IMG/VR virus record: IMGVR_UViG_3300021164_001199
Span: 30,063-94,062 of that record
Direction: 5' to 3' (one strand)
Origin: a virus
Taxonomy: Duplodnaviria > Caudoviricetes
DNA length: 64,000 bases
The notes beneath the pieces are model-generated. The model was not told the DNA's origin and searched no databases. It was given only the letters and a program-made list of their open reading frames with translations. A program made the translations under genes and the position numbers. Shown one piece after another: positions 21,201-28,965 of the stretch. Position 1 is the first letter of the stretch, and every line of letters starts with the position of its first letter.

Positions 21201-21799
21201 CTAATATTGCAGGATTTTCAATTGATAATTCTAATAGAATTAAAAAGTATATATCTCAAGGTATATCTAAACCTGTAACAGAATATCCTAATGTAGATAT
21301 TTTTGATGATACTCTGAAAAAAGTAAATGATTCATTATATTTAATTGATCTAGATTTAATAAGACAACAAGGAAATCAAGCTGCTTTATCTGGTGATAAA
21401 AAATATTTTACTAATGCAGTTTTAAAATTAGCTGAGACACATGATGATAAATTGTTTATTTTTACAGCAGCTGATCAAATTCCAGTAACTGTTAAAGCAA
21501 GTAATATATCAATCTTTAATACACCAGAACAAATTAGAAATGCTGAATTTGAAGGACCTATTATTTTATCAAGCAAAGGATTAAAAGGAAAAACTGATGT
21601 TGGAACTGCTATGTTATCTGAAGCACTATTTGAAAAATATAGAATTAAAAATCCTGGATTTCAAAAAGGAATTGCCAAACTTACTATTCGTGAAATGATG
21701 AATAGTGACTCTTTTATAACATCAATAGATGTAATTGATAGTATTAGATTAAAATCTCATGCTATATTAGACGAATTAAATAACTCTTGTAATATATAA
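9236..21799 (+). CDS. Virion-packaged two-barrel DNA-dependent RNA polymerase (crAss-like, phi14:2 gp66 type) with zincin and accessory domains
   Basis: RIPVQG...GGDFDIDK catalytic DxDxD (15386-15400). DGQGW motif. HEAWH...EELLAEDF zincin motif (from 11105). 4187 aa. Confidence 0.9.
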   Translation: MACLTQKQLDNIFKSIGNYFKNLNDPKDYNHLEHLLYIYNKGISSGMTPATALSYVQAVPKLVQAYKAITGIKLIKDENIQVARLESDFEDNDLNFIADTLELTSEKEPEEITEVTTDEVVAPKGQTLKIFTAKTNDPTSTTGPDERKDDGTQSIDPKKTWYHGFTRKLIANAVSGFDGSTITIKNHTGFKLKAIKMSEIPYEELYDFLKTQSLSEEQLKAILDRDQIVALVITDNNGKILKFNQDYAVAPDGKLIYFQMRDTNYDLLDVVGARGVIQSVEEISSNLNISYKEAERRVREGVNNLRAIQKGVFENKNVILDITGGSRGYLPLLEKNIKLNYQTAPSTLGQVVANMDYFEISYNTTGGTTNRFITLYGNTINLFTRKANDEELSLFSDAVVENLLNSDDTTVGLEFLSQYLAMTNSNKNELRKLLESIKESRDKENGVDRLKKYLKTAGSNKNGFWLTYQKELPEYFGIKNGELAIINREEYYNFWKDVLKTALPLNDDDKVQLFNSYLNFEIDNKTKETLGLSKSEEPKIEKKTSAIVANTNFDIDSLMKEKGISSEATKKQIQDALDWYENSPLKNVVPVNVLFNVLNSNSKAVWERSGITLFFGSNYTDLYHEAWHAFSQLFLTIDDKQKLYAEIGKMSGTFALPGGGRIKYSDAKPVQIEELLAEDFRQYRLSNGTKVFGQRPVTNRIFSQILKLLNWLFDKVSYQQTQTDFNSLKNVKTLYDKLYLGNFIDMKPDAKNIMFGSLASPIGSVENGTQLTITQSNEIADTMDAIISDVLENIAKETGKVIIGNFLNSKNSIKYVYGKIKEAFEKRVVELSEDVVANEYAINLLNIAITDFGNIDDTIDNKKLNDSTTISYHLRRSKILDFKTKTLDDNDEKTVDLDTHIKKELADNGELSFEELANERVLFLIKTLKQYDSNGNVEMNDLGFPKLVKFNKVLGILIRELNNNSGPKSIKAKLEALRDNGQHEIGELLIKLGDLDLVKEDDKADIMNAWILFANSFNTTSLPLIITRLEQTTNRDENTFEYSLYNTQGKLDLSNTKRKFIQEFSINRLNRFTSEFEGLKVIDKNKLENFNIQEYNNLQFGDPKKFNKAVLFYNAIGIPVGKSEQYKELLSNKTVLEGVTYIYNMLMEYKSKGKNSDFIPDHINYLTKSKEGNQSNVIDTVIQAYLKVEDIVSTFSLLNAEGNRQYENVLNNTITITKNGLNDVNTFQEFYSKPEFAHFNPAINPMVRNSQVLKKLFGEDLTGRIDTLNLSNYSGIQLDKDGVNINSVSITETDTATKFYIDLYSYINNGYVELPRHADKKMALAYHTSKNPHFITPTSYYQSPELSDDKFFKIMFGYLKAEHERVQDIRNNTISDLDYFPEFKNQGKEFLIFHDILTPELKNKLYDTSIEELAALNSDTQLHKEIKDRIVAYLSNLTSKNKVVFDEMNYLDADSIKKLIKPGFVNQGLSNDEKANRLVRAYSANSFISFVESTILFYGDIAAYNLLKEEFHKRNASAGSTGRTFISDPEFLYAYKKHFGNKYANKQGYKSYGVADNGVLRTAVFDDIQVQNDDLIKEYKILFEKQYTKDYTAFGLTGKALTDKVEAEVKKSIAKYFEKEIKEGDGQGWLTFDAYRMLAKLSNEWSPAQEELYNKIVEGKDIGINEIVKNFPPRKYQYYGPIVTEKYHLNALHKFSLMPLIPSVIKDTNLAQIHERMMNSNVQYATFKSGSKTATRTYENGKSDQFYTDLSVRKAMPKDAALLINEINIKYLRNQVSINDEFKEEVVFSTQMRKLIINELFEKGIPLNANVEELVKSYLRNIERYIEFNKQELRDEIELKSDGKFNAESLAKIIKIEMSRRDFPEHLQDTVTKIENGNFAYDLSYALNAEDIEKILFSIVNKRIVRRKVNGEPLIQAAVSGFESERPDLTNATEEDLVKYRADELKFYRVDPVTGKTLPMQVKIALQGKFKKLLYLEHNGQVIGTRDNLNKALKDSEWMKVHGKMVTLVGVRIPVQGFNSMEMMEVAEFLDESAGNIVVAPTQIVSKSGGDFDIDKLSIFFPNIEKVGNKIFLSRYDRSIKESTGELKGKISDLKKRIKEIKGDSQKEFENLKKQKQFSKLENTEKQLINQLYENYNRLLAENNNLIELWSKESANTRKGKILSNEIDELKNISISFEDKFQELTLAEAELKQNLKVYYGAFYEDKQQKFWDTQDVKLQVVFDEMNIIKEKLINSSNSAYENDITQDIINILSAPEIAAALVRPNDTDLVQPLSKDMLKYFAKSYNPKENFNTDPSIMEFVDDLETNPEKKNKIRPVSPTRIFETRYNIYKQYSNSVGKRALGIGAVDNAYNALFNQVGLYLNDEYEHVRTDKKTGKDITQIRKNRLLLSHNKMNNGKISLSNIFNTEGTKISDLINQLINGWVDVAKDPWIAYVMGTPEASPSLLYLVQAGVPFKQAVYFLANPLVRQYFDTLKKMESPLAALSQSIEENDYGDPIIKSKLPENEFRLKAEMLGYGKSDYPNGHQLYDRIQDYTKGFENITEKELFDRLEASIQPGWSRNETDMAVLAHFIEILDVAKGLFKIKSSLNFDTKTSATMYDAYARSQKRDLIVSDNEDEVNILKIFPKHKLKALYEDTILHNFDVSDMQMEMFKDLYGVRNNPNLNKYLYEFYKNSLIFGSNIFDRVKQIFGGNDKMISEFKNDFTTAITLSALRDIGVTETMYKGYEVVQVNSKEYEKVINKKVNKSLPTDKLYFAKNNYTKDTPEKYPKYGFIFTENAEKLGTNYNVSTTQAVIRTNKKGERNPNALAIVTKKMQKAGANFTNSEADFNQFKELNTKLINDIVDSKFERIIVPTGGFAMEKAQLPTRFAEWLQNELQTKLGIATELVDRGTGMSGLTNSKKYEEPTTQQSTNPLVEAGIKPTDMYGNAAKDIQMASESTQFIGFGTIMKEGNVSSTDKYAKAWGNKANTGEYTANDIIMVSGSGNFGRGGVDKTEEAAAIKKTLSEKYKPLLLKAIEAGASFRIGNQYAKGNLSDETVAKFLQQKGYTEEKLNGYSRWNAPVKPKGEKVADGIYVNQEGLSPQEELELFELIRPVLEEQAVKSNAGKNAPKMAGLGLNWDYVNGVTKRRDNGFEKIDIQDPLRKNSAYGWFTSSSTGEKLGSISKRMVELMSKATGIDVTDYDGSIINIYNSDSFIGNHPDIDESKTAEKYPVVVVNIGGPGNIVLGSDKVNLKSGAGYVFGVDGKNRTISHSTYASPIKGTLPAITTAMDGETLKAGSYRVSITMRRVMPLKKGMPESPKVISKKPSTSANEFDIADKLTPIEQNFKDGSGGRQMQPQFKGKSTMDLIMSGDRTRTTRAKTDVGRMLKDYNLSKIEDLVGKIIRMTDNTGKQVYTRITKVAPFTQEYQDSTWKKEGWEKSVTDKLVGQYPYAIEFEVVNKPTQSSTSTNIGPETIINVYSKDKNGFEDLSNFAERSVKLGNETFRTPEGAYQAMKIWFTNAALLRTPISKENLEILEKLKTASGLEAKALGNNITDLSKDTWDRDSSGVMKNILTLSFQQNSKALDKLLSTGNATLTHTQDKTKWKTEFPKLLMEVRNELRGEQPKVNEPVEVEQVPTKGTNIPGYIPTGVFIQDDKMYVDKDTLYEQFETQEYSTNNTQAYGTIITTPEGGKFYLQKVSPRTFNDNFSEYVKFVMEREYQRSVLKASDITNFDELLKTTTAKLITPKKVQINIAELQNKLKTDVAFVGNKYGLEDLVDVYSGEVIYDNLKPGFRKPGIYEQYTITEERGSAVKYKIIESYLTNKALKNILNSYSYMQDPENSYARQLLDLVKKYKLAKDYSLLDALTLNKSNGNDIFNLVFKEGKPDSNTIDNYIDELMRLSNPDVEKHPDIHINKEISEFFDKFQYYVLLSSGFSSGNKYSLNSIISQEKILNYTNSDAIKKATNRILNDSDYYGKVEKTLNIFTDKFLRHRLGIIVNPRSKIVTNIAGFSIDNSNRIKKYISQGISKPVTEYPNVDIFDDTLKKVNDSLYLIDLDLIRQQGNQAALSGDKKYFTNAVLKLAETHDDKLFIFTAADQIPVTVKASNISIFNTPEQIRNAEFEGPIILSSKGLKGKTDVGTAMLSEALFEKYRIKNPGFQKGIAKLTIREMMNSDSFITSIDVIDSIRLKSHAILDELNNSCNI
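18430..19110 (+). other. AlkB-like 2OG-Fe(II) dioxygenase domain inside the vRNAP ORF
   Basis: IINIY...IGNHPD (HxD, 18833-18841)...VVVVNIG...H...YRVSITMRR matches the AlkB-family layout. Boundaries are approximate. Confidence 0.8.
19190..19555 (+). other. ASCH/PUA-like domain inside the vRNAP ORF
   Basis: MDLIMSGDRTRTTR (GxKT/RxTxR)...TRITKV...KEGW...AIEFEVV. Boundaries are approximate. Confidence 0.75.
19600..20047 (+). other. NADAR (YbiA-like) domain inside the vRNAP ORF
   Basis: LSNF...FRTPEGAYQAMK...AKALG...WD...M...SFQQN...LLSTGNATL...LMEVRNEL. Boundaries are approximate. Confidence 0.85.
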
Positions 21800-21801
21800 T
21801 T

Positions 21802-24800
21802 ATGGCTTGCAAAATAATTAGAAATGAAGATGGTACTGTAGATAGAGTACTTGCTGATAATAATGAACGTTCAATTCTCTATAATCAAATTAGAGAAACA
21901 ACAACTGAAGAACAAGCCTTATTAGATTATTCTGGAACGTTTACAGAAGAGTTTAAAAATGTAATTGAATCATTTAAAAACTCAGAAGATAGTACTAACA
22001 TATATGATGAGAATGGAGAAGTCCAGTATTACATATATGATTATATTATGCATCCTGAAAAGTTCTTTGGTCAAAATAATGTAGTTAATACTAAATTTCA
22101 AAAAGATAGAAATAATAATTTAAGAATTGCTGGATTATCTTATTTAGTAGGCACTTTAGAAATGCTTTCTGTGAAATTTGGATTATCTTATGAAGTTATT
22201 TTTGATGAAAGTAATCCTAACAAAGGATATATAGATGTAATATCTTATGGTAAACCCACTATTATAATAAATGCTTCTAAAGCTTCACATGACACTCCTT
22301 TACATGAGTATGGTCATATTTTTATAAATCTTATTAAATTATCCAATAAAAACTTATATTCAAATTTAGTAAAAGAAATATTAAATACAGAAATAGGTAA
22401 AAAAGAATTATCCGATGTTAAAAATTATTATTCAAATTATACTTTAGAAGAACAAATTGAAGAAACAATAGTTGAACTATTAGGCAGATATGCTAGAAAT
22501 GAGTTTGATCCTGAATCAGGTATACATAAAACAATTAAAAAAATATGGAATACTATATTAGAATTTTTATCTAAGACATTCAATGTTGAAATTAAAGATA
22601 TTTCTCCAAACATGTCAATTGAACAACTTTCTAAACTTTTAAGTAATCCTAATGTAAACTTTAATCAAAAATCTTTCATAGAACAAAATTTAGAAACTAT
22701 TAAGAATACTAACATTAAAAATAAAGAAAGATTAGAAAATGAATATACCGATTTTAAAAAGATTAATAATCCATCATTAATAAGAGAAAATGGTTATACG
22801 TTAATTATAAACAAAAATGAGTTTGATATATTTAAAAAGGAAATAGAAACTACCATCAATAGTATAAAAGAATATAGTAAAAGTCAACTATTAATAGATA
22901 TTAATAATATTAAATCTGAAATTACAACTTTTCAAGAAAGAAACAATTTTGATTACAGTAGATATCCTATGTTTACTAAAATTTTAAAATTTTTTCATCC
23001 AACTCCAAACACTGCATTATATGTATTAGATAGAGAAATACAAAATGGAAATTTAGATAATGAAATTAAAGATAATTTAAAATTTTTAGATAAATCACTA
23101 ACTGAAATAACACAAGATGTATTATCTGGATATATGATAAGTGATCAATTAGGAATAAAAATTCCAGATTTTTATAAAATGTCATCTTATACATTTAGCA
23201 GTTTTAATTCTGTTGAAGAAATTGAAAATAGTTTTATAGATAAACTTTCTGAATTGAATAAAATAATTCAAAATCCTGAAAAATCTGACTCTTATTATGA
23301 TCGTAGTTTTAAATTTTCAACAGAAACTGATACATATAAAGTATATGGAAAATTTAAAGATGGAAATATAAGTATTAGTTTTAGTTCTGATAAGTATGGA
23401 ATGAAAGATGTGAATAATAGTCTTTTTTTCAAAATTCTTCCTAAAGTTATAGATTCAATTTCTTATATGTTTTCAGATTTAGAATATAACACTATATCAT
23501 TTACTCCCGTTTCTGGAGAATCATCTAAAGGTAGAGATTTAAGGCTTAAAGGATATAATATTTTTGCTAAAAGACTTTTTGGACAATTTAGTTTAGTAGC
23601 AGAAAATGATAATACTACTATTATTCCTATTCCTGAAATGTTTAAAAATCAAATACATATAAAAGAAAATATGTATCAGAAAGACAGGACTGATATACCT
23701 GTTATACAATCAGCCCAGTTTAATCAAATACAAAATGATACTAATGAAAATATTGCAGTTGAAGTATTAAATAAAATTGCAAATAGAATATCTAAAAATC
23801 TAAATGGGGTGCCTTATAATAGTATTGAAGAAGCTGATGCTGTATCTTTGTTAGCTTCTACTAAAGAGAAATATACTGGTCAACCAGCATTCTTTTATAA
23901 TGGTCAAGTATACTTTATAAAAGATAAATTAAACTTAGAAAACTTATTCCATGAATTTAGTCACCCTTTCATTAAGGCTATTAAGAAAACAAACCCTGGT
24001 CTTTTTAATAAATTATATGACAATCTTATTCAAACAGAAGAAGGTCAAAAACTTAAAGATCTAGTTAAAGAATATTATAACCATGATGAAAATTCTGAAG
24101 AGTTTAAAGAAGAAATGCTAGTAAGAGCATTAACTACTAGAGCTAGAAATAATGAATTAAAAGTTCAAGAGAGTTCTGGTTTTGATAAGTTAATGAATCA
24201 ATTGTGGTATGCTGTTAAACAAATAATACGTAAGATATTTGGTAAGGTTAAAATAGACAAGTTAAATGAGAATACAACTCTAGATGAACTTGTAAAAATG
24301 CTTAATAATGAATCTTTTGAAATTAGTGCAAAAGATATTACAGATTCAGAAAGAGCAGATTTTAATAATCTAAAAAAAGAGTCAGTTAAAGAACTAATAT
24401 CTAAAGCTAATGCTACATTAGTTCAAAGTAATATTGACAAATTATTTAAATTAATAAGGTCTGGTCAACAAGTTTTAGAACAAGGTGAAACAAACTATCC
24501 TGGCTTAGAAGAAAGTATTTCAAAAGAAAAATTAGATAGTCCTTTTCAAGAAGAATACAATGCAATATCTAGATATCAAACATATACTAAAACTAATGAA
24601 GAACCTTTAGATTTAGTAAACTATAGAGAAAAACAAATTGAAGGTTTAGTTTTATCTATAGAAGCTTATAATGACTCTATTGAAAAAATAATTCTTGAAA
24701 TTAATAGATTAAAATCAGATCCCAATTCAATTGTAACTATTTCTAAAAATATGTATTTCTTGAAAATACTTAAACAAACTTTACAAACGTTTGTGGAATT

Positions 24801-27800
24801 AAGACAAGAAATGACAGATGCAGGAGTTAATGTAGCTAGTCCCATATTTCAATTACTAACTAAAGCAACTATTAATGCTGAATCTGGTATTAGAATAATA
24901 TATGAAGAAAATAAGAAAGCATTACCTTTAGTATTAGCACCACATTTAAAAGGAATCAATGAAGTACTTATTAAAGAATTTAATAAAGTAATTGAGGAAA
25001 TGGTTGCTAGAGGTTCATCTCGTGAAGCAATTGCTGCTAAGGAAAGAGAAAGAGATAGTTATCTTAGAGATGAGAATACATTAGCTAAAGTAATGGTTGG
25101 TGAAACACCAGAGCCAGCAGGATTAGGTTTAAGTACTTTAGTTGAAAGTGCTGTATCTAGTCCAGATGAATTAATATCAAGTTTTGCGTTATATGTTAAG
25201 GAAGCTTTAATTGATGTAGAACTTAATGCTACTGCAAACTTTAATGATTTCTTAGCTGATACTAGAAAACTTTTAAAAGACGCAGGATTAGATGATTTTA
25301 AATTAGTATCCAAACTTGGTAAGATTATTACTTTTAAAGAAGAACTAGGATATACTGACCCTAAAACAGGAGAATTCAAAACTCATGAAGTTCATACATT
25401 TTTAAATAAATTTAAAGGATATGAATTAGTATTATCTAAATTTAAATATGATATAAATAAAGCATTAGAGAATGGTGATTCAGAATTAGCGGCATCTCTT
25501 GAAATGGACCGTGAGGAATGGAAAAGAACATATATGCATGATAAATGGAAACCTGAAGTTTATAAAATATATGATGTCTTCAAAAAAACTTATGTTAACT
25601 CTGCAGGAGTTACTGTTGAAATTGGCAAAATGGCCAAAGAAAGATATAATAAAATAATGGATAATATCAATAATGGTATTAAACTCATTGATGATGAATT
25701 AGAGAGAGTTGAAATTCAGAATAGAATGAAAATTGATACTCTATGGGTAGATTATAAAAAATTATTTAGTAAATATGATGATGATGGTCTTCTCAAAACA
25801 GGAGATGAAATGGCTATTACAGAAACATTACTAGAATATAGAGCTCAAAGAAAGGAATATTTTGAATGGGAGTCAGATGAAAGTCCTGATAGTATGCCTA
25901 TTCTTAGATTTAAGAAAGCTAGAAGTTTATTTATAGATCAACTATTAACTAAGTTTGAGAGATCTGATCTAGAATTTGCTCAGAAGTTACAAGAGTGGGA
26001 TGATATGAATACTAGAAAGGTTATTGATAAACAATTCTATGTAGATAAAGCCTTAATACTTGAAAAAATAAATGAAATATATAATAGTTTATCAGGTTCT
26101 TTTGCAGAAGATTCTAAAATTGTAAAAGAAACTAAAGAGTATTGGGATTTAATTATTAATCAACTGTATGCTTACAGAGATGAGGAAAATCATCCTAATG
26201 GACTTTTAGTTTCTAAAGAAAAAATAGCTGAGATTAAAAAAGCTCAAGAAAAAATCCAGGAACTACAAGACATGATTAAAAATGGAAATGGTTTATCTAG
26301 AGCAGAAACAAGAGAATATAGAAGATTAGATGAATTAGTAAAACGTGGAATTGAGTTATCTGCAAAAGACTATTCTGACTATGAAAATTTAGAAATTAGA
26401 TCTAATTTTTCTTCAATACCAAAAGGAGTTAAAAGTGATTTAAAGAAATTATATGCTGATCTTGAAAATTTACAAAGTAAAAAAGCTACTGATTATTATT
26501 TAGAAGTTTATAATTATCAGATTGACTTACATAATCGTAGACAAGAAGCAAAAGGATTACCTGTTACAGTGAAACATTTTGATAGATTTGCTATTGATTA
26601 TGATGCATTAGATAGAGGGTTTGTAGAGAGTGTATTTAAAAAAGATCCAGAGTTTAAAAAATGGTTCATGGCTAATCACGTTGAAGTAGAAAGATGGGAT
26701 GATGAACTTCAAATGAGAGTAATAAGATTTGAAAGATTATTCTTATGGAATCAAATTGAACCTAGAGACTCTAAATATAAAAAAAGAGTTCAATGGAGAG
26801 ATGAAACAGGTAGAGATATATTTGTATGGGGATTACCTTCTTTATCATATTACAAACAAAATATTAAACCAGAATATGCTACTGAAGAAATTGTAGGAGA
26901 AACTGTAGATAATAGAGGTAACTATTTGCCAAGAGAAAATGTAGTTAATAGTCCTTATATTAATCAAGCATATTTTGATTTAAAAAGAGATAATATAGGT
27001 GCATTTAACTTACTTGAAAAAATTAAAGAGTATCATATTAAGTTTCAAGAAAAAGCTGATAAATCTGATAGATTATGGATGCAAGTTCCTAGATATGAAA
27101 AGACTAGTAAAGAACTTACAGAAACTAATAAGTTTTTTTCTGATAAAACTTCAACTGCTAAAGCTGCACTTAAGAATTTTTTAAATAAATTTAAAGTAAA
27201 TGCTGAAGATACTGATGAAGGTTTAGGTGTTGAAGATAAATTTAAACTTACAAGATTAGACTTCTTTAATGATGATGAACAAAAAATTCATATATCAGGT
27301 AAACCATTAATAGATGAAGATCAAGTATCATTAGATGTAATTACATCTGTGCTTAGACATATGCATTCAGTTGAGAGAGCTCATAAATTAGCTGAGATTG
27401 AACCAATTGCAAAAGCATTAATGGAATTAATGAATGATCCTAAAAATCAACCTAAAGATATTACTAAAGCTAGTATGTATCATTGGATTACTCAAAAGAT
27501 ACCAATATTTGCTAATAAAAAAGGTGAGAATATTAGAGCTAAGGCAATTAAAGGATTAATAGACAGAACTTTCTATAATGTTCAGCAAACAGGATTTGGT
27601 TCTGATGCTATAGTTCTACAGAAATTATCTAAAGTAATGATGAAAGCTGCATCTTTTGGATTCTTTGCCTTAGATATACCTTCAGCTGTTAAAAATAGAT
27701 TTGGTCAACAGTTACAACAAGCTATTGAATTAGCTGCTGGAACAAGTTATGATGGAAAGAGTTTCCTAAAAGGGAAAATTATTGCATCTAAAGCTATGTT

Positions 27801-28959
27801 AGAAATATCTGGATCTATTTATAGCAAAGGTAAACTTCCATACTATGCTCAATTAGTAAATGCTTTTGATCCATCGCAAGGTATGGCTATGGATAAACTA
27901 CCACTGTATATTACAAGAACAATTTATAAGGATGTTGCTTCTCCAGGAAACATTTTAATGTCACCTAGAAAATTCTTAGAAATTGAAGGAACATTAGAGT
28001 TTTTCTTTGGTGTAATGGAATTTACTAAAGTAGATCAGACTATCAATGGTGTTACTACACAAATTCCATATCATGAAGCTTTTGAGTTAGTTAATGATAG
28101 ACTAAAATTAAGAGAAGGTATTGATGAGAAATGGGATTTAGGAGGAAGTGAATTCAAAAGAAAAAGAATATTCATACAGGAAAAGCAAAATATTCTAAAT
28201 GGAGTCTATTCTAAATTTGATCAACCAGAAGGTAATAGATATTTGTTCTATAGAATGTTTATGTTCTTAAGAAAATTCTTCATTACAGGTATGGTAAATA
28301 GATTTGGTTTTTCAGGATCCTTATTTGCTCCTAGATTTAGAAGAAATAATGCATCTCAAACTTTAGAAATGGGATACTGGATACAAAGTGCTAGAGCATT
28401 AGCAAAACTATTAGTTACTACAGGTAAACACTGGCACTTTATGAGACCATCTGAGAAAGGTGCTGTATATAAAGCTTTAACTGAAATGGCATTGTTAACT
28501 ATATTGTCTGCTTTAATTCCAATGTTATTTGGTTGGGATGGAGATGATGATGATAAATATGAGAAACTAAGGAAGAGACAAGGTGGACCATTAGGTTCAG
28601 ATGATTTTGAAATGGGTGGATGGTTAGCTAATCATTTATTATATCAAACAATGAGTGTTGCTTCTGAGAATATGCAGTATTATAAAGTAGGATTCTATTC
28701 TGATATGCTTAGTAACTTTAACTTAGCAAACGGACCATCATTACAAACTTATGGTAAAATATTAGGTGATATTATTAATATGGTAACAGATGATGATGCA
28801 GCATATTATAAAAAAGATGTTGGTCCATATTCTTGGCAAAAAGCAGAATCAGCTAAAATTCTTAATCACGTAGCTAAAATGTTCTCATTAACTGGTAAGA
28901 CATTAGATCCATCAAAAGCAATTCAAGATTTTAAATCAGCAGAAAATATATATAAATAA
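21802..28959 (+). CDS. Giant virion cargo protein (2385 aa) with two zincin-like HExxH domains and a C-terminal hydrophobic segment
   Basis: TPLHEYGH...EETIVELLG and LFHEFSH...EEMLVRALT. Hydrophobic MALLTILSALIPMLFGW near the C-terminus. It follows the vRNAP as in crAss-like genomes. Confidence 0.7.
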   Translation: MACKIIRNEDGTVDRVLADNNERSILYNQIRETTTEEQALLDYSGTFTEEFKNVIESFKNSEDSTNIYDENGEVQYYIYDYIMHPEKFFGQNNVVNTKFQKDRNNNLRIAGLSYLVGTLEMLSVKFGLSYEVIFDESNPNKGYIDVISYGKPTIIINASKASHDTPLHEYGHIFINLIKLSNKNLYSNLVKEILNTEIGKKELSDVKNYYSNYTLEEQIEETIVELLGRYARNEFDPESGIHKTIKKIWNTILEFLSKTFNVEIKDISPNMSIEQLSKLLSNPNVNFNQKSFIEQNLETIKNTNIKNKERLENEYTDFKKINNPSLIRENGYTLIINKNEFDIFKKEIETTINSIKEYSKSQLLIDINNIKSEITTFQERNNFDYSRYPMFTKILKFFHPTPNTALYVLDREIQNGNLDNEIKDNLKFLDKSLTEITQDVLSGYMISDQLGIKIPDFYKMSSYTFSSFNSVEEIENSFIDKLSELNKIIQNPEKSDSYYDRSFKFSTETDTYKVYGKFKDGNISISFSSDKYGMKDVNNSLFFKILPKVIDSISYMFSDLEYNTISFTPVSGESSKGRDLRLKGYNIFAKRLFGQFSLVAENDNTTIIPIPEMFKNQIHIKENMYQKDRTDIPVIQSAQFNQIQNDTNENIAVEVLNKIANRISKNLNGVPYNSIEEADAVSLLASTKEKYTGQPAFFYNGQVYFIKDKLNLENLFHEFSHPFIKAIKKTNPGLFNKLYDNLIQTEEGQKLKDLVKEYYNHDENSEEFKEEMLVRALTTRARNNELKVQESSGFDKLMNQLWYAVKQIIRKIFGKVKIDKLNENTTLDELVKMLNNESFEISAKDITDSERADFNNLKKESVKELISKANATLVQSNIDKLFKLIRSGQQVLEQGETNYPGLEESISKEKLDSPFQEEYNAISRYQTYTKTNEEPLDLVNYREKQIEGLVLSIEAYNDSIEKIILEINRLKSDPNSIVTISKNMYFLKILKQTLQTFVELRQEMTDAGVNVASPIFQLLTKATINAESGIRIIYEENKKALPLVLAPHLKGINEVLIKEFNKVIEEMVARGSSREAIAAKERERDSYLRDENTLAKVMVGETPEPAGLGLSTLVESAVSSPDELISSFALYVKEALIDVELNATANFNDFLADTRKLLKDAGLDDFKLVSKLGKIITFKEELGYTDPKTGEFKTHEVHTFLNKFKGYELVLSKFKYDINKALENGDSELAASLEMDREEWKRTYMHDKWKPEVYKIYDVFKKTYVNSAGVTVEIGKMAKERYNKIMDNINNGIKLIDDELERVEIQNRMKIDTLWVDYKKLFSKYDDDGLLKTGDEMAITETLLEYRAQRKEYFEWESDESPDSMPILRFKKARSLFIDQLLTKFERSDLEFAQKLQEWDDMNTRKVIDKQFYVDKALILEKINEIYNSLSGSFAEDSKIVKETKEYWDLIINQLYAYRDEENHPNGLLVSKEKIAEIKKAQEKIQELQDMIKNGNGLSRAETREYRRLDELVKRGIELSAKDYSDYENLEIRSNFSSIPKGVKSDLKKLYADLENLQSKKATDYYLEVYNYQIDLHNRRQEAKGLPVTVKHFDRFAIDYDALDRGFVESVFKKDPEFKKWFMANHVEVERWDDELQMRVIRFERLFLWNQIEPRDSKYKKRVQWRDETGRDIFVWGLPSLSYYKQNIKPEYATEEIVGETVDNRGNYLPRENVVNSPYINQAYFDLKRDNIGAFNLLEKIKEYHIKFQEKADKSDRLWMQVPRYEKTSKELTETNKFFSDKTSTAKAALKNFLNKFKVNAEDTDEGLGVEDKFKLTRLDFFNDDEQKIHISGKPLIDEDQVSLDVITSVLRHMHSVERAHKLAEIEPIAKALMELMNDPKNQPKDITKASMYHWITQKIPIFANKKGENIRAKAIKGLIDRTFYNVQQTGFGSDAIVLQKLSKVMMKAASFGFFALDIPSAVKNRFGQQLQQAIELAAGTSYDGKSFLKGKIIASKAMLEISGSIYSKGKLPYYAQLVNAFDPSQGMAMDKLPLYITRTIYKDVASPGNILMSPRKFLEIEGTLEFFFGVMEFTKVDQTINGVTTQIPYHEAFELVNDRLKLREGIDEKWDLGGSEFKRKRIFIQEKQNILNGVYSKFDQPEGNRYLFYRMFMFLRKFFITGMVNRFGFSGSLFAPRFRRNNASQTLEMGYWIQSARALAKLLVTTGKHWHFMRPSEKGAVYKALTEMALLTILSALIPMLFGWDGDDDDKYEKLRKRQGGPLGSDDFEMGGWLANHLLYQTMSVASENMQYYKVGFYSDMLSNFNLANGPSLQTYGKILGDIINMVTDDDAAYYKKDVGPYSWQKAESAKILNHVAKMFSLTGKTLDPSKAIQDFKSAENIYK

Positions 28960-28965
28960 TTAATT

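Noticed and set aside
3267-27184. Short ORFs inside the giant genes (3267, 8459, 8969, 10486, 10708, 11851, 12178, 15280, 19289, 25059, 26999)
   Set aside because: Antisense or alternate-frame shadows, mostly S/L/F-rich as expected opposite AT-rich coding strands.
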